The notes under the pieces: generated by a model | Database searches by the model: none | The model's input: only the letters and a program-made list of their open reading frames with translations | What the model was told of the DNA's origin: nothing | Assembly: GCA_030295235.1 (NCBI GenBank) | Contig: AP026123.1 | Span: forward strand, 2,170,001 to 2,234,000 | From: Fistulifera solaris | Lineage: Eukaryota | Length of the DNA stretch: 64,000 nt | Reading direction: 5' to 3' | Made by a program: the position numbers and the translations under genes | Shown: in pieces, positions 11,329 through 24,421 of the stretch | How the letters are laid out: each line of letters starts with the position of its first letter | Position numbering within the stretch: position 1 is the first letter of the stretch

Positions 11329-14300
11329 CTTACCAAGTCTATCTGGCGGTACCTCAGCTTCAGCTGGGACTGGCTTCTTGCCTGCACCGCAACCCTGATC
11401 TACTGCTTGTTCTTTGACCACGTTAATGACATTGCGACTCGCTACATTCCTAAACGACTTCGAAAGGAAACCATTAGTAAGCGATTGAAAACACTTGGTC
11501 AACGGGTCGGCAGTCCAATTCAGACTTACCTGGTCCGCATTCACACAGTATGGATACGAAATTCCACGACCCGAACGGTCCTTCACAAGAGGCGAAAAGC
11601 AGCAAGGCAGGCACTCTACTTTTCTCATACACCACTCATTCGATTCCGCAATCCAATAGCCAGATGGTGGAGACAATGGAAACTGCGTCAAAGGAGATAT
11701 GTGTTAATGATGACAGCGATGTGTTACAGTGCAAACGCGGTCCCACAAGTACTTACCAAGACTTTTGATACCGATTCAGTTCCAATTGGTGTCGACAATA
11801 GATGCTCAGCGTGCATCTCCCATGTCGCGACGGACTTTGTTGGAAAACTACAGGAGACCAACTTGATTATCAAGGCTTTGGCGGTAACCGCACCAGCAAT
11901 GTGATGAAAGGCACTCTGAAATGGTCATGGGAAAATGATGAGGGCAAGATGACATCATTCACGATTCCAAACTCATACTACGTACCAGACGGCAAAGTTC
12001 GACTTCTATCACCGCAACATTGGGCAAAATACACCGGAAACAAACTCTCTGGATGTGATACCACGAGCAAACATGCGATTCTGTATTGGGGCAGCAACAA
12101 GAAAACAATTCCGATTGATCCACGCTCAAACGTTGCAACGTTTTACTCCGCCCCCTGGCTGCCGCGAATTTCAAAACCTTCTGCTTCGAAGCATCGATTC
12201 CTGACGATGAAGACGACAATCCGCTTTGTTTCGATGCAAACACAGTCGACACAACACCTTCAGAGGGAGCGAGCGCAGATTCAGAGGGAGCTGAACCATT
12301 TCGCAGCCGCACAGTTGACTTCGAGTTCGACGGCAATCAACAACAACACAAACCGGTCATACAGGAAAGTGACACAACAACAAGTCAAACAGTTCCAGCA
12401 GCCGAATTGCTCACTTACCATCGTCTTTATGGTCATGCGCCGATGGAGAAGCTTCAGGAATTGGCGAAGCAAGGAGTTATTCCACGCCGACTTGCAACGT
12501 GTCCGACACCGGTGTGCACCGCCCTGTTTTTACGGAAAAGCAACAAAGCGTCAGTGGCGAACGAAACCAGCTAAACAAAGCAAAACCCTTCACAAGCCTA
12601 CTCACCCCGGCGAAGTTGTTGCTGTGGATCAAATGGTATCACCCACGCCCTGGCCTCATTGCGCAGCTCACAGGAATCTTGACGACAAAACGCTATTTGT
12701 ACTAGCCACCGTCTTCGCCGACCTTTATTCCAGCTTGAGTTATGTTCACCTGCAAAAGACACAAAGTGCGAGTGAGACCTTGGAAGCAAAACACGCTTTT
12801 GAACAATACGCTCGAAATTGTGGAGTCGACAAGATCAAACACTATCATGCCGACAATGGAATTTTCAATTCGAACACTTGGGTCAACGATTGCGTAACAA
12901 ACGGTCAGGGACTTTCCTTTGCAGGAGTTGGAGCACATCATCAAAATGGCAAAGCTGAACGCATAGGACAATTGCAAGAACTCACTCGAGCGATGCTGAT
13001 CGATGCACAACACAAGTGGCCGCAAGCCATCACAACTCACCTGTGGCCTTATGCTTTGCGCGCATGGCAAACGATTCCATCAACCACATGCCAAACATGA
13101 AGCACCCTGAGCGCCGTACTCCTTATCAACTCTTCGCCAACACGGATATTCATTCGAATCCAATTCATTGGAAACCATTCGGTTGCCCAGTATTTGTTCT
13201 TGACGCCAGCGCTTCAAGGAGGAAAAAGTCGGATATTTCACAAATGGCGCTCTGCGCTCACATCTCGGAATTTATTTGGGACGTTCTCCAGTACACAGCC
13301 GTTCTGTCGCCCTGGTACTGAACCCAGACACAGGACTCGTCAGTCCCCAGTTTCACGTCAAATTTGATTCGAAATTCCAAACTGTTCCGGACCTTGCGAA
13401 AACATGTTTGTGGCAACTCAAAGCCGGTTTTATTGCCGCTCCAAGCGCAAATCCTCAACAATCCACGCCTACATTGTCGGATACACCTACTACTACACCC
13501 GCCGACCTCTCTCCGTTACCGATGCCGCTGCCGACCGCACCACCTGATGACAATGTTCCGTCCACCGATCGTCAACCTGAACCACTTTCCTCTCCATCGC
13601 CACCACAATCTCAGAGGGAGAGACGCAGCACTCGCCAACGACGTCCCGTTACTCGATTAATAGAGATCATGATCGCAATGTTCGCTAGTGAACTCAGTCA
13701 ATCATCGGCCGACATCAAAGGGGAACTTTTGCTTACGAATCTCTTCAAACCGCCTCAGCAAAACTCAATCCACCGGATCCATTCTATGTTTTCAAAACGA
13801 GCGCCGACCCCGATTCAATGTATTTGCATCAAGCTCGCAAACAACCCGATTGGCCGGAGTTTTCCAAAGGCATGGACGCCGAAATCGAGGATCAAATGGC
13901 AAATGGAAATTTCTCATTGTTTCCAAGGAGTCAAGTTCCAGAGGGAGCAACGATTCTACCAACAGTATGGCAACTTCGCCGCAAACGAGACATTATGACA
14001 CCTTGAAGTCAAGAAGTGGAAAGCGACTGACTATTGATGGGTCACGGATGAAATATGGTCGCTGACTATGAATTGACCTACTCTCCGGTTGCTAATTGGA
14101 CTTCAATCCGCTTGTTACTAGCAATGGTGATCATACATGGTTGGCATACGAAGCAACTCGATTATGTTCAGGCATTTCCTCAGGCTTCGCGCGACAAAGA
14201 AATTTATCTGTCCATTCCGAAAGGATATACAATACACGGAGCATCCCCGGACGATTATGTTCTGAAAGTCCACAAGAATGTTTATGGAGCAAAGGATGCA

Positions 14301-15414
14301 AGTCGAACATGGTTCCTTTATTTGCGAAAGTAACTATTTGAGATCGGTTTCAAGCAATCGGAATACGACGAATGTGTGTTTTACTACAAGAGCACGATGT
14401 ATGTTCTATATACCGACGACAGTATTCTTGGAGGTCCTAATGAAAAGGAAATTGAGGAAATTATTGAAAAGATGAAACAGATCAAACTAGACATTACAGT
14501 TGAGGGAGATTTATCGGATTTTCTGGGAGTTAATATCAACAGGATCGGTGAATCAACAATTGAATTGAAACAGCCACAACTCATCGACCGATAATCAAAG
14601 ACATGAAATTCGACCAGAAGGAAGTTAAAACAAAGGATATTCCAATGGCATCATCGAAGCTACTTTCGCAGCATCCCAAATCGCCGCCATTTGACAAAAG
14701 TTTTCATTACACTTCAGTCATCGGAAAAATGAACTACCTGACGCGAGGATCCAGGCCAGACATCGCCCTATGCGGTACATCAATGCGCACGCTTTGCATC
14801 AAACCCAAGGAAAGAACATGGAGATGCAATGAGATGGCTTACAAAGTATCTGATAGGGACAAGGGACAAAGGAATGATTCTGCACCCAGACGTCTCTAGA
14901 AGCTTGGAAGTTCATGTCGACGCCGATTTCGCAGGCAATTGGGATCCAGAGATCGCTTTTGAGGACCTAAACACAGCTCGCCTCCAGACACGGATTTTTC
15001 ATCACCTATGCCGGAGTATTGTTGCATCACAAGAGTCAACTTCAGACAGAGATTGCATTGAGTTCCACCGAGCTTAATTCACCGGATTGAGCTACGCACT
15101 CAGAGATGCAATTCCTATCATGAACACTTTGAAGGAGATGCAATCACTCGGATTTGATGTGAAAGAGTGGAGGCCAAAAGTCCATTGCAAAGTATTTGAG
15201 GACAACTCGGGAGCTCTGGAAATCGCAAAAGTTCCGAAGGCTCGACCAAGGACGAAGCATTTGAATGTCAAACTGCACCATTTTCGGTCATACGTTGACA
15301 GCGGAGATATAACAATCCACAAAATCGATACTCGAACAAGTTGCGGATATTCTAACGAAACCACTCACATTTGATCTCTTTGCCAAACATCGGAAGGCAA
15401 TTCTCGGATGGTGA
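11329..15414 (+). CDS. pol: Retrotransposon Pol (protease, integrase, reverse transcriptase, RNase H); multiple frameshifts
   Basis: PR: IGVDNRCS. IN: HH-CC region, VAVDQM, YHADNGIF, QNGKAE. RT: DYVQAFPQA, YTDDSI. RH: VHVDADFAG, VFEDNSGA, RTKH. Ends ILGW-stop at 15414. Confidence 0.9.
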
Positions 15415-15434
15415 GATCGCAGTTCGAGAGGGAG

Positions 15435-15802
15435 TGTTGAATAACCAGTCACGCACGTGTCTACAATAAACGGAAAGACATGTGCACTACATATTACATG
15501 ATACTGAAAACGAGAAGCGAACAGCAATCTACCTAATCCCGAATCCTCGTTATTCAAAGAACTAACAGCTGCCGAAGGAACCTAAACTATTACTGACAAA
15601 GAACAATGCCAGCAGCTTCTGCATATTCTACATGAATCAAATGAGAACAATGAAGAGACAAACAAGAATTCAAATCAATAGGATAACTTCATTTACTAGC
15701 TCATAATTTTAACAAGCAATCCGTTTGCAGCAATCCGTTTGCACCAAGTTAATTTTGTCAAGCCCAATCCATAGACGGCTCCGGCACCTGTGGATTTCAA
15801 GA
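15435..15802 (+). repeat. 3' LTR
   Basis: Direct repeat of 9624-9991, preceded by the polypurine tract. Confidence 0.95.
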
Positions 15803-16125
15803 AAGGGCGCCGCTGTCATGATGTAGCAACAAGCATCGTTGCAGCGATGCGATCGCGATGATGATGCGGCAATGAATTGTTTACTGCGGTAGAGTTCAAG
15901 GTATTTTGACAGGGAATCGCTTGAAAGCTCGAACCATAATGAGGCGCGAGGTTCTCACATTTTTGCGCCTCGCATCGTCGCGTTTCGTCGCGTCCGCGAC
16001 AACAACAACAACGCAATCAACAATGCAACTCATAACAATGCAAATAAATCATCACTCGCGCAATCAATCTACTTTTGCGTCCTTGATTGACTTTCTCATT
16101 TGAATGTAGAATAGCAGTTTCAATA

Positions 16126-16670
16126 ATGTATACAAAATGCCGACCGTTGCTGTCGTTGAGACGCCCGATGCTCTCACGCCGCTGCTTCGCGGAAGACGCC
16201 TTTCGCGTCTTTGATTTGCCACTCCGGTTTGCCCTCGATGAAACGGCACTTCGACAGCACTATCGTCAACTCATGGCACAACATCATCCCGATCGAAGTT
16301 TTGGTAACGATGACATGGCTTCGTTGATTACACGATCGTACGACACCTTGCGCTACAAACACCGCCGGGCGATGCATTTGATGGAATTGTTGGGACAGCC
16401 GGTCGATGAATCGTCGTCGGGGGATTTGGTGGGTCCGGGATTTTTATTCGAAATGATGGAAGCGCGAGAAGAGATCGAAGGTGTGGGGAAGATGATCAAT
16501 TGCGGCCCTTGTTGGACGAGAATCGACGGCGCATGGAGGATATGGCGGTTCAACTCGATCAGGCTGTGCAACAGAACGATTTGGAGACGGCGAAACGACT
16601 TACGGCCCGATTGCAGTATTTGAATCGATTAGAAGAAACGATCCGGGAGAAAATGGATACTATAGATTAA
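16126..16670 (+). CDS. HSCB: Fe-S cluster co-chaperone HscB/Jac1 (mitochondrial)
   Basis: J-domain with HPD (QHHPDR) and FLFEMMEAREE. The C-terminal LTARLQYLNRLEETIREK is recovered after a frameshift near 16485. Confidence 0.88.
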
Positions 16671-17830
16671 TTGTAAATTATTTGATCTGAAGTATGGGTG
16701 CCGTGCCCGGTTCGTTCGAAAAGATATAGGAGTGTACATGCTCTTCAAATCACAGATCAGGCTATGTAGCAGTTTTGAGCCTTGCTCTTCTTACGAGCCG
16801 TCATAAGAAGACTAGGCAGTAACCTGCACTAAGATTCGGTTTCCTTTCACACAAAGAATGGCAAAATAGTGAGAAATAGACTGCGTCTTACACAAAAAGA
16901 CCAGTCGAGAACTGTCGTAGGTCATTCCAGGACCATCATGGCTAGAGAAAGCAAGCAAGAAGTCCAACTATATTGACACTTCAGATATTCTAGCAAGCGT
17001 TGTGACCGATCTCAACACGAATATAGAAGCGGAGACCGGAGATACGACTTGCTGGTCCGAATCAATCTTTTTCTTTGCTCCAACTCACCTTTATATCGTC
17101 GAGCGTCGATGCTTGATGAATCATCTAGAAACCGGAAGCTGTCTTTTAGGATCACAAATAAGCGAAACAGAGAAAAAGATCAGAAACCTTTAGCCATTGA
17201 ATATTGATAAAATGTGGAAGATCAATCCAGGACCACGTTGCTATGGACACCTAGCACGGAGTCCCCCTTTAGTGATCTTCCGAAAATTGTCACTCTTGCA
17301 AGATTTAACTATGAACCAGTCTTTACACGGAAACGTAAAGACAGGAGATTCCGCTTGCTTATAGGAGAGTGAACGAAACGTACCTCGATCGCGCCGGGTC
17401 GAGGCCGTTTCCGCCTTCACAAAATATCATTCTCGTCTCATTGTGAAATCAGTTCTCTGGTTAGCATATATGACAAGTTTGCTTGTCAAATCATCGAAAA
17501 AGATGGTAAGATCGTCAAGACGAAATCGTCAACGGCATTTTTGTGTCGACGCGAAAAGATTTTCATCGCGTCTTTTTGTGCGGTTCCGTGTAAGCGCGTG
17601 TGACGGACAAACGAGACTAGAGGTCGATCTTGCCTTGCTTGTTGCTTGTTGCAAAGAGCAATTGCTCTTTGGCTTGTTGCGCTGGATCACACCTCTAGCC
17701 TAGACGATAAGTGCTAATCCTGTAATGCAAATAAACTGAAAAGGAGTAAGCCGCAAACACAACATATAGAATGTCATACTAAACAGGTTTTTGTTCTAAA
17801 TGTTAAGTTTCGAAAAGGCGCACGCCAGGA

Positions 17831-18421
17831 TTATTCTTCTTGATACTCTTCTCCCGCCCCGCCTTGCAAAACTTGCTTCAAAACAACTTTGAGTTCGTGA
17901 ATTTCTTTATTTCCCGTCGTTGTGGAGCTCGATATCGAAACATCGCAATCGAATTGTAACATTTCGAGCATGCCCCGCAACATCCCCGCCAACAATTGAC
18001 TGTACTGCAAATCCTGTCGATCTTCCGGTAACTCCACAAAGACCATGAGCGGATTCTCGTTCATTTTGACAATGTACTGATCGTCCGCACTCGTCACAAT
18101 CTCCACCGTCACTCCCAAAAACAATTTCATGGCCACTTTGACGACATCGACCGTTTCCATGAATTGTTGCGATACTTTCAATTCTGGTGCTTTCGCCAAT
18201 ACTTCTTCAATAAAGCGAATACCAATCGAATGTCCCATACGATCCAATTCAGCCTGAATTTCGGTCGTCTGCTCCAAATCACGCACGAGTTCCGCCACCA
18301 AAGCGCCGTACGTCAAGGCAAAGAATTCCGCATTCGCTTTGGGTTGTTTTTGCCACAGTGCGTTCGCTTGGGCGTTGATCGTTTTGCTGGTAGTTGCCGT
18401 TGTGGAAGTAGAAGATGACAT
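17831..18421 (-). CDS. TRAPPC3: TRAPP complex subunit 3 (Bet3)
   Basis: NAEFFALTYGALV, LDRMGHSIGIR, ENPLMVFVELP, GMLRGMLEM. Confidence 0.93.
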   Translation of the reverse strand: MSSSTSTTATTSKTINAQANALWQKQPKANAEFFALTYGALVAELVRDLEQTTEIQAELDRMGHSIGIRFIEEVLAKAPELKVSQQFMETVDVVKVAMKLFLGVTVEIVTSADDQYIVKMNENPLMVFVELPEDRQDLQYSQLLAGMLRGMLEMLQFDCDVSISSSTTTGNKEIHELKVVLKQVLQGGAGEEYQEE

Positions 18422-18700
18422 GCTACGATGAAAGAGATTTGAAACAATGATAACAGCAGCCTGACTTCAGAGCAATAAGAAATGCGCCTCGCATCGCTTT
18501 TGCGAAGCATCGTCCGTCGTCCGTACCAGGTACTTTGTATTATGGTGGATAGATCGACATAAAGTCGTAGCGGTACACAATGACCGGAAAATGTCCGCGC
18601 GGGAAAACGCACATCGAAAAAGAAAAAGCAACGACCGATGTTTATTTTCCTCTTTATATCAGGCGTTGTAACCCCTCATTCATTCTATCTTTCTAGCACA

Positions 18701-20357
18701 ATGAAATATCCCCGATCACTGTTTTTACGAAAAACTCCGCCACAACAGCGAAAACGGTTCGCCGGTTGGGCTTTCTACATTTCGTTCGGAGGCATTTTGT
18801 GCGTCTCGACCCTTCTTTTACATTCGGTCATGACGACTCGTTGTCGGAAGCTTCACTCAGCGTGTTCTTCAATCCCTCTCAATCAAACAACAATGACATT
18901 GACTGCCCCTTTCGAGATTCTCCTATCTACAAAAAAGTTTACGTCTATCCAAATCACGGGGATGTTGCACAAGGATGGTCGGGAGAGATGTTATCGGAAT
19001 ACGGGAAAGACCCCCAACATCCCCGATGGCCTTTTCTGGACCTCGATATACAAGCGCGCGCCGCTGGAACGGGCCATTACAACATTTTGAGTCAAAATGT
19101 ACAGTACAACACCGAATTGCTCGTGCGAGAAATCATGATTCATCCGCATTCCTGCCTACGAACGTACGATCCCGAAGAAGCCACGTTGTTTTATGTTCCC
19201 TATTTGCCCTCGATTGAACATCACCGTGGTTTGGATGGATTCCGTGACATTGATTATTCAACATCACCGTACGGGCAGGCCATTATGGATATTGTTGACA
19301 AGCAAGACTATACGGGATGGGAACAACATTTTGGATTGACTTCCAAGTATTGGAAGCGTCGAGAAGGAGCCGATCATATTCTGGTCTTTTCGGAACCGAT
19401 GCACGGATTGTACCATCCTCGGAGCAAGAGAGGGAATTTTCATTTCATTCATTCGCAAAAACAATTGACACCGCCCATTGTGATTTCGGTAGAACTCAGT
19501 AAAACCTTTGTGGATATGTATCCCCAATGTGCCGCCAAGAATATTTTAATGCCGTATCCGAATACCGATGGCAATTGGTTCAATGGAAAACTCGAGGCAG
19601 AAGCCTGGCAATTACTGCACGCACAAGGGAATACGACCGTGAGCGAGATCCTGTCGTCGGTTGCATTGCGGGCGGAACAAACATTCACGACTCCCCGTCC
19701 GATCCCTCAATTTTACAGTGCCGGCAATCACGGCACGTGCACCAAACTACGGAAAGCCATGAAACAAGATTATGAAAAATGCACACGTTCCTTTATGACC
19801 TTGTCACAAACACTCCAAGTCAAAAATTACGCGTTGGGCATGCGACTGTCGACCTTTGTCCGTGTCCCGGAGGCGATTCTCCTAGTGCGAAACGTCATTA
19901 CGACGCCCTGATTGCCCAGTGCATTCCCATTATCTTATCGTATGACTTTGTTTGGCCTTTTACAAACGAATTCGATTCGGGCATAACGTTGGATCCGAGT
20001 GTGTTTGCCTTGCGGCTTCCAGCGGAAGAGTACGATACACCTCTTTTGGATCCCAACACGTGTCAACCCGTGAACGAGTCACGGCGGGGACTGCAACACT
20101 ATCTGGAGTCGATATCGCCAGCCGAAATTGAGCGCCTTCGTCAAGGCGCGGAAATGGCGCGGAAACTGTATGCTTGGTACGAATATGATGACAAATTGGT
20201 AGAAAATCCGCTTCGCGAAGGAGTCCTTCCGACAGGTGGTGCCGCCCACCAGCTGGTGAAAATGCTGGCCGAGCGAGCGAATGGAGTTCGGTGGCCGGCT
20301 TGCCGCGAAGAGTTGAAACTTCCTCGTGAGCCGGACGCTACAAAATTCAAATGCTAA
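18701..20357 (+). CDS. Exostosin-family (GT47) glycosyltransferase
   Basis: N-terminal membrane anchor, KKVYVY, CLRTYDPEEATLFYVPY, YWKRREGADH, CPCPGGDSPSAKRHYDALIAQCIP. Frameshifts near 18800 and 19860. Confidence 0.88.
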
Positions 20358-20459
20358 ACTTACGCTGCTGGTAATGATATCTCTTAAATTTTTAAAGTTA
20401 CTATTTGCGACGTAATTAAATTCCCTTCTTGCGAATTCAGCTGCAAAATACGGCTCATT

Positions 20460-23400
20460 TTAACAGTGGTCCTGAAGGCGAAGTCTTGGAAGCACGTTCA
20501 TGGACTGCAACTCTTGGAAAAGTAACTTGCACGCGTACGGCAAGCGGATGTCGGCCACATTTTCACCTGATCTACAATATTGACACCAATTCTCGTACTG
20601 AAGTAGACCACACGTTAAACACACGGTAGCGGAAAATGCATCTGACGAATGCATCAGCCGTTCCATAATCAGGTTCGACGCTCCATAGGCAATCAGGCAA
20701 TCTCTTTCCATCTCACCAAGACGAAGACCACCATCCCGGGATCGCCCTTCAGTGGGTTGCCGAGTAAGTACAGCGCGCGGGCCTCTAGCACGAGCATGGG
20801 CCTTGTCTAGCACCATGTGCTTTAGTTTCTGGTAAAACACGGGCCCGGAAAAGATGTAAGCATCTAAGGGCTCTCCGTTAGTTCCACTATAAAGGATATC
20901 CTTTCCCGTATAATTCAAACCGTTACGAAGAAGCGCTTCAGATGCCGAAACATCCGTATCAGCAGAACCATGCTCTTCTCCGAAGGCAGAAGAGTAAGCC
21001 TGTCGACCTTCATACACACCGGCTTTTCCGACCAATAACTCAAGCAGCTTACCAACAGTCATTCGAGACGGAAAACCATGGGGATTCATGATAAGGTCGG
21101 GACAGTGTCCATGATCGTTGAAGGGCAGATCTTCCTCGGGAACAATCAAGCCACACACGCCTTTCTGACCGTGTCGAGATGCGAACTTGTCTCCAATCTC
21201 AGGTCGACGAACCTGCCTTAACATCACCTTGATCAGGAACTGTTCATTTGCATTTGACGTGATCAATACTTTGTCGACGTAGGAAGGAGCTGGGCCGCGA
21301 TACGGCATAGCAGAAGGTTTGTACTGAACGTTGGGGTTGCCTGTCGCCATACCGAAACCAATATCAGCGCCTACGATGTTTGTTGTGGTGTCAGTTGGTG
21401 ATTCCTTGTTTACCATGATGAACCCGTTGTCCATGGGCTCGCCCACCTTGCAGATACCGTCCAAGTCGATCGCTTGATATTTCATGAACCGTTTGTCTTG
21501 ATCACCGTCGGCGAAGGCAGATGCATCCGTCGGCGGACCTCGAGTACGATCCCTTGTGCCGTTCGCATATCGCCGGACACTGAAAACAGGTGTTTATCAA
21601 ATGGGAGCTGATGATTGTGACGCAATGCGGTCCAAGAAAAGTCTTACCTTGTTTGATGCTTTTTCAGCACCATGCACCGTCCAAAACCTCTATCGATTGA
21701 TGATTTGTTCAGAATGATGGCATCCTCAATATCGTACCCACTATAGCTCATAACAGCGATGCACGCATTTTGTCCACCAGGAATGTTATCGAAATCGACA
21801 AGATCTAGAGTTCGACTCTTGACCATGGGCTTTTGTGGGTAGACTAAACTGTAAAGGAGACCATCCATTCGTACATATTGATTCATCGCCACACAACCCA
21901 TTGCCTGTTTCGCCATTGCCACTGTATAGGTATTTCGTGGACTTTGGTTATGATGAGGATACTGAAATAAGCAGGACCAAAACGCGTGAGCATCGCATGC
22001 AGTCAGTATAAATCGCAAAAGCAAGCCACGAGTATACTCACCGGAATAATGCCTCCTACAACCCCCAGAATCGTGAAAGGATCAATTTCTAGGTGAGTGT
22101 ATCTCATTCTTCGGTTTTCGAGTCCTTGATTGATTGCAACTTCTAAGTCATTCTCCGTAACAGCAATCAGCGTATTATTCTCTTCATTACAGTCGACGTA
22201 TTCAACAACACCTTGACGGAGCAAAGCTTTAATATCCATGATTCCCATGGCTAAAGCCTCTACATGCGCTTGTTTCAGACGAGGCAGTCCTGTGTCATGA
22301 TCGACGATAATCAACGGACGGCATACACGTCCACCATCAGTGGCAATGTGCACTGCCCGCTGTTCTTCATGCAAATATACCGACACAAATTCCCCCGCTA
22401 AGCCTCTGCGCCGCATCTTACGTAGGTCCTCGACAAGCTGTAGGGGGCGAAGATGAATTCCTAGTATCAGTCCATTCAAAAAGACCAAAAAGGCATCCTT
22501 CGAATTTAACTCATTGCCAGACATGCGTCGCACATCTTCGACTCCAAGATCGCGACATAAACGCTCAATGGGATTCGTATCATCTTCGTCAGTGGTAATG
22601 TGGGACAAAAGGGCCAAGTTCTTGACCAAACCGCACGCTTCTCCTTCCGGTGTATCGGCTGGACACAGCATACCCCATTGACTTGGCTGTAACGACCGGG
22701 GTCCCGATACCTTTCGAGTCTTTTCAAACTGCGAATTGATTCTCGTCATCATCCCCAAAGCGGACATGTACGACAGTCGGGATAAAACTTGAGTCACTCC
22801 AGCACGATCCATTCGGAAACGTTTCAAGACCCAGTTTCCTGTCGAAATAGCGTTGATCATACCGTTTGTAATAGTATCGGGTCGGATCGTTTTAACAACA
22901 TCAAATGCTTCCGCCCTATTGGGCTTGGATAAAACCAGATCCGCCTGTCGTTTCAGTTCCTTGTTGAAGATCTTAAACAAATCTTCAAACAACAAACTTA
23001 ACAGATTCCCCGCCAGCTCCAACCGCTTGTTTCCATAATAATCTTTATCGTCCAAAGGCATTTTCCCCAAATGCACTAACAATACGCGTCGCACAATATG
23101 TCCCACAAACATGGCTTTGGCCCGAAAATCGAAATGCACGACGGGCACATGACTCAAAACGACATTGGCCAAGACTTCGCGCGCTTCTTCGGCGGGCGAC
23201 AACGCCTGCCTCCCGCGCGTGCAAACGTATTCCCCGCCGCGGCCGAACGACTCCGAATCTTGGCACCCATGTACGCCAAGGCCTGCTGTTGCGTTTGAAT
23301 GCCGTACCGGTGCGGTTCTTCCAACGACAGCGCCATGGCGTGCACCAATTGCGGAGGATCACAGCCCACGAGTTGCACAATTTCCACATCAGACTCCACG

Positions 23401-24421
23401 CCCATGGCTTTCAAGACAATCACAATGGGAATATCTTCTCCCAACGTATTGTTCTTCAGATAGACCTTGCCGTGTTTGATCAGAATGTACGCTTTCGACT
23501 TGCGTTCCCGCGTCGAAGACGTGATACTCGCACAAACTCCTTTCGCATCTTGTTCGAGAATGACACGATTCTTAGACAATTGTTCTTGTATGAGAATAAC
23601 TTTCTCGACACCCTTGACAATAAAGTAACCGCCGGGATCGTACGGACATTCCTTCATGGCCGCCAAGGCATCGTGTGTCTGATCGCGCAAAAGACACTTT
23701 TTCGATCGCAACATGATGGGAATCCGTCCAATCATGACATTCCGTTTGACGACGGGTTGTCGACCTCGTATGTACCGAACATTGACGTAAATGGGTGCCG
23801 AATAGGTACAATCCCTCAAGCGACATTCGAACGGGGTAATGCTTTTCATCGTATACGAATCTTCTTCAATCGATGGTTCACCGACCCAACACGCTTCATA
23901 TCTTAAGTAGAACTTGGGATCATGTTCGGAACGAATTTCTCTGGCCGAAGCCGATTTGACAATCTGTTGCATTTCCGTTTCGACGAAATAATCAAACGAA
24001 TCAACGTGTTGTCGCAAGAGCGACCGCAATTGTAAAAAGTACGGCAACAATCGCCACTTGTCTTGCACACTGCCGACGGGTGCGTCGTCTATTTGTAAGA
24101 AAGTAGTAGTGTGTGAGAGAAAGGCGGATCCTACAACGATTTTTGTGCATTCTAGTATTTTGACGTACCCGGCGTTTTGGTAGATCCATAGTCACGCCCA
24201 TCTTTCTTTTCTTCTTCATACAAACCCTTCTTTGAATGCCCCAACGGTCGGGAATCGACTTGTTCGATCACGTCTTGTCCGTAAATGTGCTCAAACCCTT
24301 CTTTGGGAAATTGGAGGGGCTCAAAATGATCCTTCCGCCATTGATGCCATTCCTCGCCCCGTGAAGACGTCAAACAAGCCCCCGAAGGAGATGCACGGAC
24401 TTGTCCCCAACGTTCCGTCAT
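20460..24421 (-). CDS. POLR3B: RNA polymerase III second-largest subunit (RPC2), with 3 introns
   Basis: [77 protein letters not shown] introns near 24088-24167, 21963-22040 and 21580-21647; frameshift near 23200. Confidence 0.93.

Larger units (their letters stand above)
9624..15802 (+). mobile_element. Full-length Ty1/Copia LTR retrotransposon (CoDi-like)
   Basis: Two 368-bp direct repeats; AAGGGC on both flanks (9618-9623, 15803-15808); domain order gag-PR-IN-RT-RH; polypurine tract GAGAGGGAG at 15426-15434. Confidence 0.97.
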
